Positions 26,401 through 39,406 of a stretch of DNA of 64,000 nucleotides are shown here, piece by piece. The stretch lies in assembly GCA_020536535.1 (NCBI GenBank), contig JAHLWZ010000871.1, positions 1,089 through 65,088 on the forward strand, in the 5' to 3' direction. Made by a program: the position numbers and the translations under genes. The notes under the pieces were generated by a model that was not told the DNA's origin, did not search any database, and saw only the letters and a program-made list of their open reading frames with translations. Position 1 is the stretch's first letter. Each line of letters begins with the position of its first letter. The DNA comes from Pelomyxa schiedti (Eukaryota; Protista; Evosea).

Positions 26401-29400
26401 ATATCTACTTTACTCCACGGAATTGACAACCAATTTGCACGACAATCCTAATGAGGAAATCAGCACACTGGTTTTTGTGATCAAACATACCTTAAAAGAA
26501 GTGTACAGTTGGAACACTGTATCCAGGCTCGATAGAGAATCTTGTAAGGCTATTAAGTCAGGGTAAATGGTGATTGGGAGGTTCAGAAGTTTTTCTGCTT
26601 GGATCAAGTTATCCCGAATTGCACAGTACCTAGTTTGCATTAGCAAGTGCATATCAATGGCAAGCAATTCACACTTTTTTGCTATCTGCTTAAATTTATT
26701 CAAGCACGTAACAGCAGAGTCGAGTGTAAGTTCTACATTTGTGGGCCCAGATTTTTGGTATTTGAGGGTCAAGTGTTGAAGTTTGACTTGGAACTGCTCA
26801 ATCTTTGGTGTATTTTACTTAAACCAAGGAGAAAAGTTGAAACTGCCTGCCTGCTTGTGGGTAATGTCAACAAACTGGCCTTTTACAGGAGTAATACCAG
26901 CTTCAATTTTCTTGAGGTCATGCAATATATTGGACCATCTTTTTTTTTGGTTTGTTTTCCTCCCTCCATGTTCACCACTGAGTGTTTACCTTATAAAAAC
27001 TTGCTTTACAAGAGAAGACTCTTCTTCAGGTACGGGTATGTGATATTGAGTGAGGATTTTGTACTGATGCAAAATTGTATTGTATCTTGACTCAATAGAA
27101 ATTGTTTGACCACGGATCTACTTGGAGTCAGATATATCAATATTTGTGGTAGTCAATGCACACATTTTCCAAGACAGAGAGGACCCCCTTGAGTTCTTCT
27201 AGAGATGTTGCGGGAGACCTTGGTATTTGTTGTTCCATGCTAGTCATGGTATCAGAGAAGGCATGTAGGTCATCTGTAGCTGCCTGATGTGAAGTATTTC
27301 CTTCAGCTGAAGTCAGAAACTTCAGTTAATATCAAAAGTCAAACCATATGCAAGTATCCAGGATGTAACTTCTGCTTTGATGCATGTGGACAGTGGTTCC
27401 ACGGCGATACTTACAAAACCAATTTCAATCACCAATGGAAGCTGACTGATCTCTTCAAGGAGTGTTCTATAGGTATCAAGCTGATTGTCCAACTCAGGTA
27501 AGGAACCATGTGTTGTAAAAAAGTTCTGGACAGTAGTTTTCTAAAAAAATAAATAAAGTGATAATATAGAGTAAATGATTTACTCTATCTGTTGTCCAAA
27601 GAGGCTGGTATTTCGACCAGGATGAGATCTCCTGACTAATATCTGTCAGTGTTTGTTGCACACTGGCCTTCAGTCCTAAGAGGGTTCCTGCAATCTTTTG
27701 GCTTTCGTGTCATTGAATATTGTCGAGAAATTTGATAAGTACTTGGGGAGAATTAGTTATTTCTGCAAAAAAAGTCACCGGAGGTGCACTGGAGATAGCT
27801 TGGGGTGAACAACCAGAATTCCATCTAACCTCGCCATTAGGAAAAGATCGAAAGATTCCTCCTCATACCTAACAAAGTGCTTGGGGCATCCAATCACATC
27901 ATTGATGGTAGCTGTGAGATATTGGGCCATCACCTCCATGGATGGATTTGTAATAATATCAGGTGGATTTAAGGAAAGGTCTGTGTGGAAAAGAGGAGGA
28001 AAAGCTTCTGTAGAGTGATGCTGCTTGCAAGTCTGAGAACGGAATAGGAAATTATGCAATATGTGAAGGTTTTCCAGAACGAGCTTTCAAAGTTCGATTA
28101 GGAATTTTTCTTCACAAAAAAGCCACACCTTAGTTAAACTGTTGTACAGTCTTGCTTCCCACAAGTCGTAATACTTTCCAATGTGAGGACAGTGCAATGT
28201 TGGTGTAGGGATTTGTGGTGACATAATATGCTCAATATTCACAAGAATATTAGTCATTGAGTTATATTTGTGCACCAATTCCTGAACTACTTGCTTGTAA
28301 AATTGTTGCTGCTGGTTGTAAAAATCCTAGATGTTGATTTTTAGGAGTTACATTGGTGATCAAAGGTGTACCTGTACTCTATAAGACACTGCAGTGGGAG
28401 TCTTCACCACCACTGCTGTGGCAATTTGCTCCACGATATCTTGAAGAGTTCCTGCCGCATTTCTCACTAACTTGAGAGTCTCTTCAAATTTAAACAGGTT
28501 CTTTGTCTAGTTACTGAATAGTGTAACGCCAAATAATACATACTGCAGAAAAGTTCCTGAGAAAAGTATTTACACCCAAAGAATTCCAATTAAGGGATTC
28601 AAAGCCAGGTTGGAGGAGCAAAGAAAGGTTGTTGAGGGATTGTGATAACACCAATTGTTCATCACTGGTTATTTGTGAAACCACTTGTCTATAATGACAC
28701 AGAGTATAATTTAGTTCTGATGACAACTTGTAGTAGCCATCCTCCTGTAGCTGCTGAGACAGTTTTTGAAATGAATGATGAGCAAATACATTAATGGCAA
28801 TATTTACAGCAGAAGTAGGTATCTCAAAGCCAAGTGTTTGAAATACTTTTGCGTCATGTATGAGTGACGCTATCTCAGTGTTGAAGTGTACATAAGGGTG
28901 TTTGTCATTCATCGCCAAAATTGGATGTCCATTGAAAGTAACCCTGTACAATTCATCCACACGGGAAACCCATTTTTTAAACAACTAAAACTAAATAAGG
29001 GGACCAGTTTTAGCAATAGGAAATAAGAGTAAAACATTTTGTTCATATGCTCTCATCTCTTTTCCCAGTGTGAGATAGATGTTCATTGTCTGCGCTCCAG
29101 TCTCAGAGCACAACAGGCCTAGAGAGTATTTACCATAAAAAGATTATCACCTCAGCCTCTTACTATTATTCTCTGCTGTTTGCATCTTAAGTACAGTTTT
29201 TTTCAAGGGCTCGAAAAGTGCTTGTGACCAAATTACAGAACCAGACGATGGTGTTTGATTTCTTCCAATTGGAGGGTTGTTCTTATGCTGGTAAAAAGTA
29301 TGCCGAACCTAGTGCACATTCAAAATGGTGAATATCCAGAAAATAATACTTTTTCCACTTCAGCTTTAAAGCACTCTAAAGCATTTGGATACTTGGTCAG

Positions 29401-31783
29401 TAACTGCTGGTGTATAGATGGCCTGAGAGATTAAGTAAGATCGAAGTGTTTTATAAGGAGTTGCACCTTGTGGAAATAGTTTTATATGTCTGCAGCAAGT
29501 CAAAGGCAACTTCAGCCCTATGAAGATTTCGGAAGCTACAATCAATTATATTTGCTATAGCCTCATCAATCTAGAACATGATAGAAGTTGAAAAGTCATC
29601 ATGGGGAATAAGTACTTGGCTACAGATAGCGAAGAAATGAGAAAGGTCATTCTGCCAGGTGTTGCAAAACTCCTTATCAAAGACATCATAAGTGACACTT
29701 CCCAACTTAGCAAGCAGGGTATTCAGATGTCTCTTGATCCTATCAATAGGTTGAGTTTCTCCCATAATTCCTACACTCATGTGAGACAGCAAAGCAGTGG
29801 CGTAATACCTTTCAAGGGATATAGGTTGCCATATTCCTCAGTGATTTTAACAATCTTACTGAGGTCACAACATCGTTCATATATATAGTCCATCTGCATG
29901 TGTAAGAGAAATTTTGATATTAAGTATGATCTACGTGTTCAAACATATCCATTGGAGCAACTAGCCAGGCAGTCAATGATGTTTGTGTTTCCTGAACAAT
30001 TTTAGGTTCAAAACATCCCAAGAGATGTCATACATGTCTCCATTTTTCAAGAATACTTTTTGCTTTTGAAGTTTTATTCCAAGCTTCTGTATCTTGAAAT
30101 AGGGCAGGGAGCATCAGACTGTTCTTCACATGTTCCTCTATATCCCAGCAAACCTTCCGTATCAGGGCAAGAATATTTTCTTCTTTGTGATAATAGCTTT
30201 GTGCTTTCAAAAAAATAGCTTTTTTGAGGAAACAACTACTACCTTGACATGGTCCAGGTAACCTTCAGTGTGGCAAGAACACCTTGAAGAACTTCTGGGG
30301 TCATAAATCCAAGCTCCAAAGAAAAATAGCGTTGGAATGGAGAAAGAAGGGTAACATTATCCTAGTAAAAAATTAGAATAAAGTAAAATATAAAGATAAC
30401 ATAGGTACATGAGCCAATTTAGACTGCAAGGAAAGATTGTCAAGCTGTGTGTAAAATGAAGAATACAATGGGGAGCCAGCTTCCTTCACTACCTTGATAA
30501 TGGTTTGGACCTAAAACTATTAGCTATTAATCACTGAACAGGGGTACTTACAGCTTCTGAATTCAATTGAGTCGAGGCACTCTTTAGGTCTCTGCATCTT
30601 CTTCGCCAAAAGTTGATTTCAAAGGTAGTTCCCTGAGATAGTATTTTAATAGATACATTTTCCCAATATATACCTGGCCTGCTGAGTGCGTTTCATCGCA
30701 TTCTAACAGTTGGTGCATGGTAGAAAGCCATTGTGTCATACAATTTTCAATTTTCGGAATCACCTTTTTTTGGTGTGTATTCAATTTTAGAGTCGAAGGT
30801 ACCTCAGTCTTATTGGCAGTAGGTTGTGTGTTACTGATAGAAACAGTAGGAAATGAAAAGTTACTTTTCACCCCAGAAGTAAGAGACAGTTCAGTGGGTG
30901 GATGGTGATTTCTTTGTTGGGAACCTATTATAGGATCTTGAGTTGTAACAGCAATGTTATGTTGATCTACTCAACATATTTGGGGACTTGAAAGTAGTGG
31001 TCCATATGTTCTTCCAACAATTGTCAGCAGTGATGGAAGGAGATATCTTGCCACTGAACCGTAACCAAAGTGTTCTGACATTGTAGAATTCATCCCTGAA
31101 TTGTCTGAGCCACCATCACATGGTTGTTTGTTGTAATTTTCATGGATTTTGCCTTCAAAATCCGCCATTTTTTTTTTTTAAATATTGTGGGGAAGTCTGA
31201 TATCATACACACTTTCACTGCCAGGCAAAAAGTTCTTCAGCTCAGAAACAATGCCACAATCAGTGAGTTTCACCAAATAGGCAGCCACACAAGCCAAAGA
31301 GCAGGCCCCAGTCCCTCCCATAAGTCCCTCATCTGGTTGGCAGCTGCTACTGTCCCATAATCCCCCCTGTGGCCCGTTCCAACTCACCAATTTCACAATT
31401 ATATCGTCGTGAGCCTCACCCTCAGCCCTGCGGGGGGCCAACTGCCTCCTCCCACAATCGTCTTTCCAGTACACCACCACAAAGTCTCCCCTCCTTGAGC
31501 ACGGCGAGGTCCCAACCTGGGTCCCGGCACAGCCTCGCCCCCTCGACGATGCCGTCGTCGTGTCCGGCGAACCCATAATCATGCCACGCAGGTACGCGGC
31601 CAACCTGGGGTCGTTCCTGACTACGTCCTCGCGGCGGTCCACTGCTGTGGTTTTGTTGTTGGTGCTGTTGCTGGCATTAGGCTCCGCCGTCTGGCCCCCA
31701 AAGAGGCACAACGTCAATTGGGCCGTGGCCCATCGGATGGCCGCTGTCTCCAGTGCCACCTCGTCGCGTTTGCTGGGCCTCAT
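14456..31783 (-). CDS. DNAH10: Axonemal dynein heavy chain, DNAH10 / inner-arm I1(f)-alpha-like, dozens of exons
   Basis: DHC_N1 and N2 tail; AAA1 GPAGTGKT and [10 protein letters not shown]; AAA2 GPTLSGKT and DGDVD; AAA3 GVSGTAKT; AAA4 GLPGSGKR; stalk/MTBD; AAA5; AAA6 LSPGSDP. The C-terminus [34 protein letters not shown] matches my recollection of the DNAH10 end. Sampled junctions were in frame; not every junction was checked. Confidence 0.88.
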
Positions 31784-32419
31784 CGTATTTCGGTTTCCGG
31801 AAAATGCTTTCTTCCCTTACGAGAAAAATGCTGATCAAAAAAAACGAGAGTGTTAAGAACTCGCAGAGGCGTAACCCAAAACACCAAACGTATTGGGGTT
31901 TTTTTTTCCACTTGGAAGAGAGTTCAGTGCTTTGGGGGATATGTTGTGGGGTGTGTGGGTGTTCCTTGGCCGCAGCTTTTTCGATCGAAAGCTGTTGCTG
32001 ATTGGGCTGGGAACGGCAACTTGCAAAACCCCCAGCCACCTCCACATCCCCCAATTCATTCATTGATTTGGCTGCTTTCTTTGCTTGCTTGCTTGCTTGC
32101 TGGCTTTGCGTTGATGTTGGGGTGTGGGGGTGTTTAATGGCCGCGGCCTGCTTTTTTTTTTGTTTTTCGTTTCATCAGTTTCTGCTAGAAAGAAGTGTGT
32201 TTTGTGTTTGGCGGGGTGCACCAACTTGGGAAGTGCTCCAGGACCTGTTGTTTACAAAAACGTGTGAGGCTTGAAAATCAACTTCTCGAGTGGTAAATTG
32301 GCTATTGTCACCCGCACCGAACTCCCGCTCTTAAGTATACTATACCCACAATTTACTCAAGCCTTGCCACTATTCACAATAGATACTACACACTCGGCCA
32401 AGCCGCTTGGGCTGGCTCT

Positions 32420-33620
32420 GGGGCATTCAAGATTTTACTTTGTGAAATGAAGTGGTGGACACCAATGTTGTAGGTGCTAACCAAAACTTCCTGGTGGAGA
32501 CGTCACTATTTGACGAACCCATGTGCCGGAATTGGACCTTGCTCAGACCACTTTTCCAAGGGTTATTATTGTCCAAGAGGACACAGGGCAAATGCGCACA
32601 CTACAGCAACTTCATCACAACCTAATTTGTGCTGGTTATCACCACTCAACCGGTCACAGTCTCTGGTTTGCTAGAAGACACATACGACGTGCGATGTGAT
32701 CTACATAAATGACACAACAAAACCAGTGAGGACAGGGAGATTCCTTCCGGGTTGCACATCTTCAAACGCCTTTGTGGAAGGTGGCCTCCTGTTCCAAATG
32801 AGCGCCTACAACAAGAAAATGCATGTGACTGAGGAGTCCTGGCGCCCACATCCTCACTTTGAAGGATTGGGAAAGGAGTTGATTTTGTGCAATAGATTAA
32901 GGAGACTGTCACAAGAAAACATTCATTTGGTGGTTTTTTGGGTTGTTGCCTGCTGTGTTGGGTGGTGATGCTGAAAATGGAGAATTCCAGGGATAATTCC
33001 CTCCGAATTCCTGCACGCAATATTGAATCGCCTCCCGAAATTCCTTGTATATACAACATACTCTACAGCATGCACAAGCTTATGGGATGGTGTGGGGTGC
33101 CGTTTGGGGTTGCTTCCAACGAGGACTGGTTGGTGGAATGTTCTGATACAGAATTGTTCATATGGAAAGTTGCGGAAACAGAAGGTGGTGGAGGCAAAAG
33201 GGTGTTGGCTCCGGCATCTGTGTGCCATGTTGATACCGACGGGGATTCGCCATCACAAGGGCTTTTCCTCCATTCTTCCTGCAAAACCATCAAAGAGTTA
33301 CACAATTCCTTATGTGGAGTACAGTTGTGTCTGGGAGTTGTTTGTGCTGGCCACTTCACACTGCTTTAGGCTGGGAACAACTCACAGCACTCACACTGTG
33401 CTTCACAACAGGCTCCTCCTCTCCATCTCCGCGGGTTTGTGTTCATTGAGGTCATATGTCCACTCCCTCAGTTACCAAGGATATTGTCCCTAGGTGGATT
33501 CAACTTTATGTAGTACAGAATCACATTACTGAACAATGTGTACTATGTTACCAAGTTCCTGGAGCCTCATAGTGAAGGTTCCAATTGCTGTTTCTTGTGC
33601 TTCCACACAGGACAAAGAAT
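32420..33620 (+). pseudogene. Decayed intronless gene, probably from a lineage-specific expanded family
   Basis: Protein-like fragments in shifting frames (VVGANQNFLVETS...; IYINDTTKPVRTG...FVEGGLLFQMS; GVASNEDWLVECSDTELFIWKV) broken by stops, with no coherent intron structure. Confidence 0.35.
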
Positions 33621-34032
33621 GAAGTCATAACCCATTGGCACTAATTGAGTTTAATGGCATCTGTATCCCAAAAAAACAATTGGCCAAGCTTCTTGCTCCA
33701 ATTCAATTGAAAACCGCATTTTTTTTTTTCACAAGTGACATGTGAAGGTTGCGAGTAGATAGTGACAGGCGCCAACTTGGGTGCGCAGCGTGCTGGTTGG
33801 TTGGTTGGTTGGGGTTGGTGAGGAATTGCAATAACGCAAGTGGATGGGGTCCCAACGCCTCGCTTCCCAACCAAGAAACACTTCAGGAAATGTCTCTACA
33901 ACCTGGCAAAAAAATTTTCGTAACCGCCAGGAAAAAAAGAAAAACACAAAGATCTGCACAAGCTACGAAACAAACGTCGGCTCGACGCAAGCACAGCAGG
34001 AGATCTCGGAGAATACTAGACAAACAAAGAAA

Positions 34033-35162
34033 ATGCCCAAGCCAGTAGTGGTGAAGACGAAACTCGCTGACGACGTCCGACGCTTTTCTTTGGAAAGCGG
34101 AGACTTTCCCAGTTAATTTCCGCCAGTACCTCATTTGAATGCACAACAACAGTTCGCTAACTGTGGGTTTTGTTTTTTTTTTTCCCCTTTTTTTCTCCCG
34201 CACCAGATTTGGTTGGGACGTTGCAGAAATTGTACCCAAATGTGAATATATGTATGCAGTATACTGACGACGAAGGAGACCTGGTTACCATCACCTCATC
34301 AGAGGAGTTCAACGAGGCATTGAATATAGCTGCAAGGGCGGAGCCAAGAATCCTTAGGCTCAATCTTGTTGTTGTTGAACCTGGACAGTTTGTGAACATG
34401 CTCTCCTAACCTTGTGTTGTTCTTGTAACTGACTTGCAAGTAGGAAACCAACAATCTTCTCCAAGCCCTCTGAGCCAGCGCTTCCCACTGCCGCTGCTCC
34501 GGCAATTTCTGCCCCGGTTGTCCCCCGTGTTGCCTCGCTGGATGCCATTCAGGAAAAGATTGTTGAAAAGCTGACTGAACTACACACTATTCCTGGTGCG
34601 CTTCTTTTTTAATAGAGACACCCTAATTCCAAAAGAGCCTGATACCAAGATTATTCCGACTACTGCCGCATATTCAAAGGAAATAGCCCAGCGATGTGCC
34701 TTGGTTTCACAAGAATTACCACGCTACACCGAAAATGTTTCCTTACTTTTCCTTACCCACAGTTAACTTTGTTACCTCAGCTCTCAAACGAAATTGCAGC
34801 CCAGTGCAAACGACTTTGCGCGGAGCTTGTGAACTCTCACACGTCTAGTTTAACAAAGCTTGTGGATGAAACCAACACTCTTTCTCATGATATTAGCAGT
34901 TCCTGTGCCGCTACATCCTCAATGGTTTGAATCCCTTGTATCAGCATTTGTACTCACCTTCCCACAGACAACTGAATCTACGAGGCTTTCTGGTACTACC
35001 ACACAGGAGACAACTTCAACAGTGGAATCGGCGCAGTTGGCTGCCCAGATGAACCTGCATGCTGCGCAAATCGAAGCCAAGTGCAAGCAGCTTGCCGCTG
35101 ATACCAATACCGCATGTGAGGACATTTCCCACGACATTGCAAAGATGATCATGAACCTGTAA
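34033..35162 (+). CDS. PB1-domain protein with a C-terminal helical repeat region
   Basis: MPKPVVVKTKLADDVRRFSL (basic Lys/Arg) plus YTDDEGDLVTITSSEEFNEAL (OPCA motif); later exons repeat S-x-(E/D)-I-x-x-x-C. Confidence 0.85.
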
Positions 35163-35555
35163 TTTTATGGTAACCCCACACCTACTGGGCTCTTTATTCT
35201 TTAATGGCGCAATGAAGTTATTTCGTGTTTGCTTTCTCTTGAATTCGTCTTCTGCAAGCCACCAACGAACAACACAATAAAGAAGTCGAGCACTTTGTTG
35301 GACTTGGATGTGCTTTGGTTTTCATTAATCTCCCCTGGTTGTATCCATGCGAGAACCAGCTGTGCCACGCACACAGACGAACCTTTGACTCAGGGCCTTC
35401 CTGTCAAACAACAAACAATCCAAGTTCTGAACCCAGGCAACTCTTTTCGCCAAAATGGCCCAGAGGTTGGCCTTGTTGATTCGCAGTTCCACCGTTTCGA
35501 ATGGCACCTCTGAGATCAATTTCGTTTTTTTTTCCTCAGCTTGGTGGTGTGGGTG

Positions 35556-37590
35556 ATGGGGAAGAAAACGACGACACGGAGCGGGAAGGCGCTCAACCCT
35601 ACGGATGCATATAGGAAGGAACAGCGTAAGAAGGAGATCAAGAAGGTTCATCTTTGCAACTGGTGTTTTTTTTTTTTTTTCCCCTCGCGTCTGTGCGTTG
35701 TTCCCGTTTTATGGCTTAACTTTTTCCCCCTCGCATTTTTTAGAATAAGAAAGAGAGGCAACGTGTTAGAACTGAGGCTGTGTTGAAAAAAGACCCCAAT
35801 TCCGTGCTCCAACAAATTAAAAAGTTGGAAGACTTGGAGAAGGTGGGCAAACTGGACAAACGCAAGAAATTGAAGAAAAAGGCTTTGTCTGACATGTACA
35901 ACAAAGTTGTAGATGTTACCAAGGTTTTTTCCTTATGTTAAATATGTTTCTCACTTTTTTTTTGGTTTCAGGTTGCTCCTGATGCTACAGAGACTCCAGA
36001 CCCGTATGTGCAATCTGTTCTTGTAATACAAATTAGTCACTTTTTTTAAAAAAGGGAATCCCAACATCCTGAACTGCAAATGTTATACCCAAACCCTGCC
36101 TCATCCATTTATTATCACCCTACCTATAATCCATATGGAGCACCCCCACCAGGGGCTCCAGAGATCAAATGTAGGTATTCACACCTACTGTAACCTCTCT
36201 AATAAATCGAAGTGCCTATGGTTCTTCCAGTAGGTGTCCTTCCAGTACTGCCTGTTGCACCAAATCAAATTGAAAACAGTAACTCGTTCCATGATAAAAA
36301 ATACCTCACCTTTTAGCACCAGGCAACTCTGATGAAGTTGAAACTCCATCCAGCACAGTCTCCACTGCATCGACAACATGCACGACAACAACTAGTACAT
36401 CAAGCACATCAACTCTCTCTAGTACATCAACTAACTCCAGCACATCACAGAAAGAAAGTCCCCAAACTAAGTATAATTTTATGGAAAGTATTTATCATTG
36501 ACCTTTAAACAGGCCCTCAGGCTTACTTCCAACACCAAACACCCCATCATCCCCAAGCACCAGTTCCAGTAGTACTAACAGTAACGCCAACAAGGAAGTC
36601 ACTCCTGTACTCAGCCCTCCTGGCCCTCCTCCAGGTCCACCACCTGGCCCACCCTTGATCTTACTCCCACAACCCGTCATTCCTTCTCCAACCTCGCGGG
36701 TTCCAGGAATGCCTCCCGGAATAGGTCTTCTTCCACCTGTTCTTGTTCCACCACCTTCATCTCAACCACTGTACTTTCCACCTGGAGCGCTACCAGGATT
36801 CAAAGCACCTCCACCACCACCTCCAGGCCTGCCACCCGCACTTGCAGCGCGACTGCAAGCTGAACAGTCAGGTACTCTTTCAATTGTCTTGGTACCAACA
36901 AGTAACAAACAATTAGGGTTTCCTACAAACCAGCTTCCTCCACGTTTCCCACCAGGATTCCCACTAAATCAACCCCCACCAGGTCACCTCATGTTTCGAG
37001 CACAACTCCCACCCCCAGTTGCACACCCTCTTCCTCCAGCTGTTGCAAATGGCCTTATTAACCCTGCTACTGCCGCTGCAGCCATTGCCACAGCTGCAGC
37101 TATCACAAACTCAATCTCATCTGGTGAGTTGCCCTTCAAGGTTTTCCCCTGTATATTAACTTGCCCTAGGAAACGTACCACCCCCGCGAACACCCATAAC
37201 TCCCACTGTGCAGTTACCCCAACGCCAAGGTAAGAACCCTTTATTCCCCCATTCCTACTTGACAGTTGATAAGGTCCTACAATGGGCCCCAAGCCATCCC
37301 CCCAAACTGTCTATAAACACGCCGCTTCAAGTAACTTCCCAGCACTCCACCTTATTTCCCAACTAATGTGCCAACAACAAACAACAGCCGACGAAGAACC
37401 CATTGCAGAGCACCTAATTCCGCCGGCGCTTCGCCTCAAAAGAGCCAAGCCACCGATCGCCTCAGGGGGGCCAACCAAGACCCCCCGCATCAAAACGGCC
37501 GCCACAACGGCCAACACAGCCGCCAACATGACCGCCGACGCCGCCTACGAGTCTTTCATGGCCGACATGCGCTCCCTTGGTGCTGTATAG
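35556..37590 (+). CDS. WBP11: WW-domain-binding protein 11 (WBP11/Saf1) homologue, splicing factor
   Basis: MGKKTTTRSGKALNPTDAYRKEQRKKEIKK|NKKERQRVR, SPFYYHPTYNPYGAPPPG, a Pro-rich middle, LIPPALRLKR, and DAAYESFMADMRSLGAV at the C-terminus. Confidence 0.88.
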
Positions 37591-37886
37591 CTACAGCCAT
37601 CACTAACAAGCTGAAAACAAGCAAATTCCCTCACTCGTGCATCAACCTTATTCTTCGAAAACAATCAAGGACCAAGTTGTTTGTGCACCTGACGAAGGAC
37701 CGCAGGCACTGACATGGGAGAATAAAATGAACACCAAGAACTTGGGCCTGTTCATCGAGTGGGTGACACAGAGTTATGTGTCGTCCCAATTGTTCTGGGA
37801 GTGACTACGCGCAAAACGCAAAATAGTGACCAAGACATGAAAAACAACAGTCAGCATTACAAAAACCATAATACTGAACGAGAATC

Positions 37887-39323
37887 ATGTCTGCAACCCC
37901 TATGGTAGCTGCAACGTACTGCGCACGTGACTTCGCATCGGCAGCGGCGCGCCTCCTCTGTGCAGTTGCAACAGTGACGTGGCCCCGATCTGGCTCTGGA
38001 AACTTCGCGATGTCGCCGGCGGGCGTCCTCCAGGTCCTCGCCGTCCTTCTCAACGCGGCCTCGCCCGGCTCCACGACCGAGCGCGAGCTCGCCTCCTTGC
38101 TCGGCAGCGTGGGCGCGTCGCGGCGCGACGTCACCAAGTTGGTCTCATCGCTGCTGGCGGGCGACGAGTCTCGGGCCCTGGTTTTCACGAGCGCAGTTGC
38201 AATGTGGTCATCCGGTGGAGTTTCTGGAGATCTGGCCGGGATTCTTGGGCGAGAGTTCCACGCGGAGGTGGTTGGGCATATGGCGAGCTCGGCGGCCGAA
38301 GTGAACGAGTGGGCGTCGAGGGCCACTTGTGGGAAGATATCCGCCGTGATTTCGCAGCTTCCTGCGTCGTGCGACGAGCCGGGAGCGGTTCTGGTGGCTG
38401 GCGCGGTGCATTTCAAGGGCAGCTTCACTGCTCCGTTCGATGCCGGGCTCACTCAAGAGGCTGACTTTTGCATTGTGGGAGGAGGAGGAGGAGGGGGAGA
38501 GTCTGAGTCTGCTGTGGAGGTGGAAATGATGGCGAAGCGGGCTGCTTTCTTCTACACGTGAGACATTGCCTACTACTGGCTTTTTCCTGTGTGGCTAACT
38601 TCTTGGTTGTTTTTTTTTTAGCAAGCAAGACCTGTATGAAGCTGTTCAATTGCAATATGGACACGATGGCCGCTTTGTGAGGTACTTGTCAGCCTGTTTT
38701 TCAATGTGCACTTATGTGTTTAAAAGCTACGTCATTCTACCTTCGAAGTCTTCTGATGTTCGTGCAATAACTGGAGCTGTTTTCACAAATTGGGAAGAGT
38801 TTCTTGGCCGTTTTGGGTGAGTTGCTTTCTTCTAGTCACATTCTGTATGAGTAACAAATAATCAGAGCATCACCCACACCTGGAACCTTGAAGATGCCAA
38901 AATTTACTGTAGAACAGTCCCTGCCTCTGCGTGATGTACTTTCACATTTCGGAGCACCCACACCCTTCACCCACAATGCCGAGTTTGGAGGTATTACACC
39001 CCTTTTTCTCATCTCATACCCCTAAACTCCACCCTAACGCTGAGTATGCAGAGTTGAACCATGGAAGGCCTGCTTGGGTCACTGAGATGCAACAGAAAAC
39101 ATTCCTCAAAGTGGACGAGCAAGGAGCCGAGGCAGCAGCCGTTACAGTTGCAGTGGTGACGTCAATCGCCCTTCTGCCTCATGACGGGGAGTTCTACATG
39201 GAAGTGAACAGGCCGTTCTTGTTTGTCATTGGATTCCGCCACCGCTCTGAAGTCACTGGTGACGTGGAGGCCGTTATTCCCATTTTCGTTTCTGCAATCA
39301 ACAACCCGGCAACAACACCCTGA
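37887..39323 (+). CDS. Serpin (intracellular, probably inhibitory), 5 exons
   Basis: GNFAMSPAGV, VNEWASRATCGKI, AVHFKGSF...FDAGLT, VEMM, LKMPKFTVE, KTFLKVDEQGAEAAAVT (hinge), VNRPFLFVI. Exons join in frame. Confidence 0.92.
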
Positions 39324-39406
39324 CTATTAGAAGAACAAAAAAAAAAGTTTTTAAACAAAGACTGTCTGTTATTTACTTTTTGAGCCAAAAGGCCCTTGTT
39401 TTGGTT

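Noticed and set aside
14456-31783. Fragmented ORFs suggesting stop-codon reassignment or pseudogenisation
   Set aside because: Where checked, the stops fall inside short GT-AG introns and the exons rejoin in frame; TAA, TAG and TGA all end genes in this window.
32081-32101. (TTGC)n microsatellite; also (GGTT)n near 33795
   Set aside because: Short simple repeats, not telomeric arrays; no evidence of function.
35229-35651. ORFs upstream of and antisense to WBP11
   Set aside because: No recognisable domain; consistent with intergenic and antisense noise.
37689-37700. CTGACGA hammerhead-core-like motif
   Set aside because: No stem II followed by GAAA at the required position.
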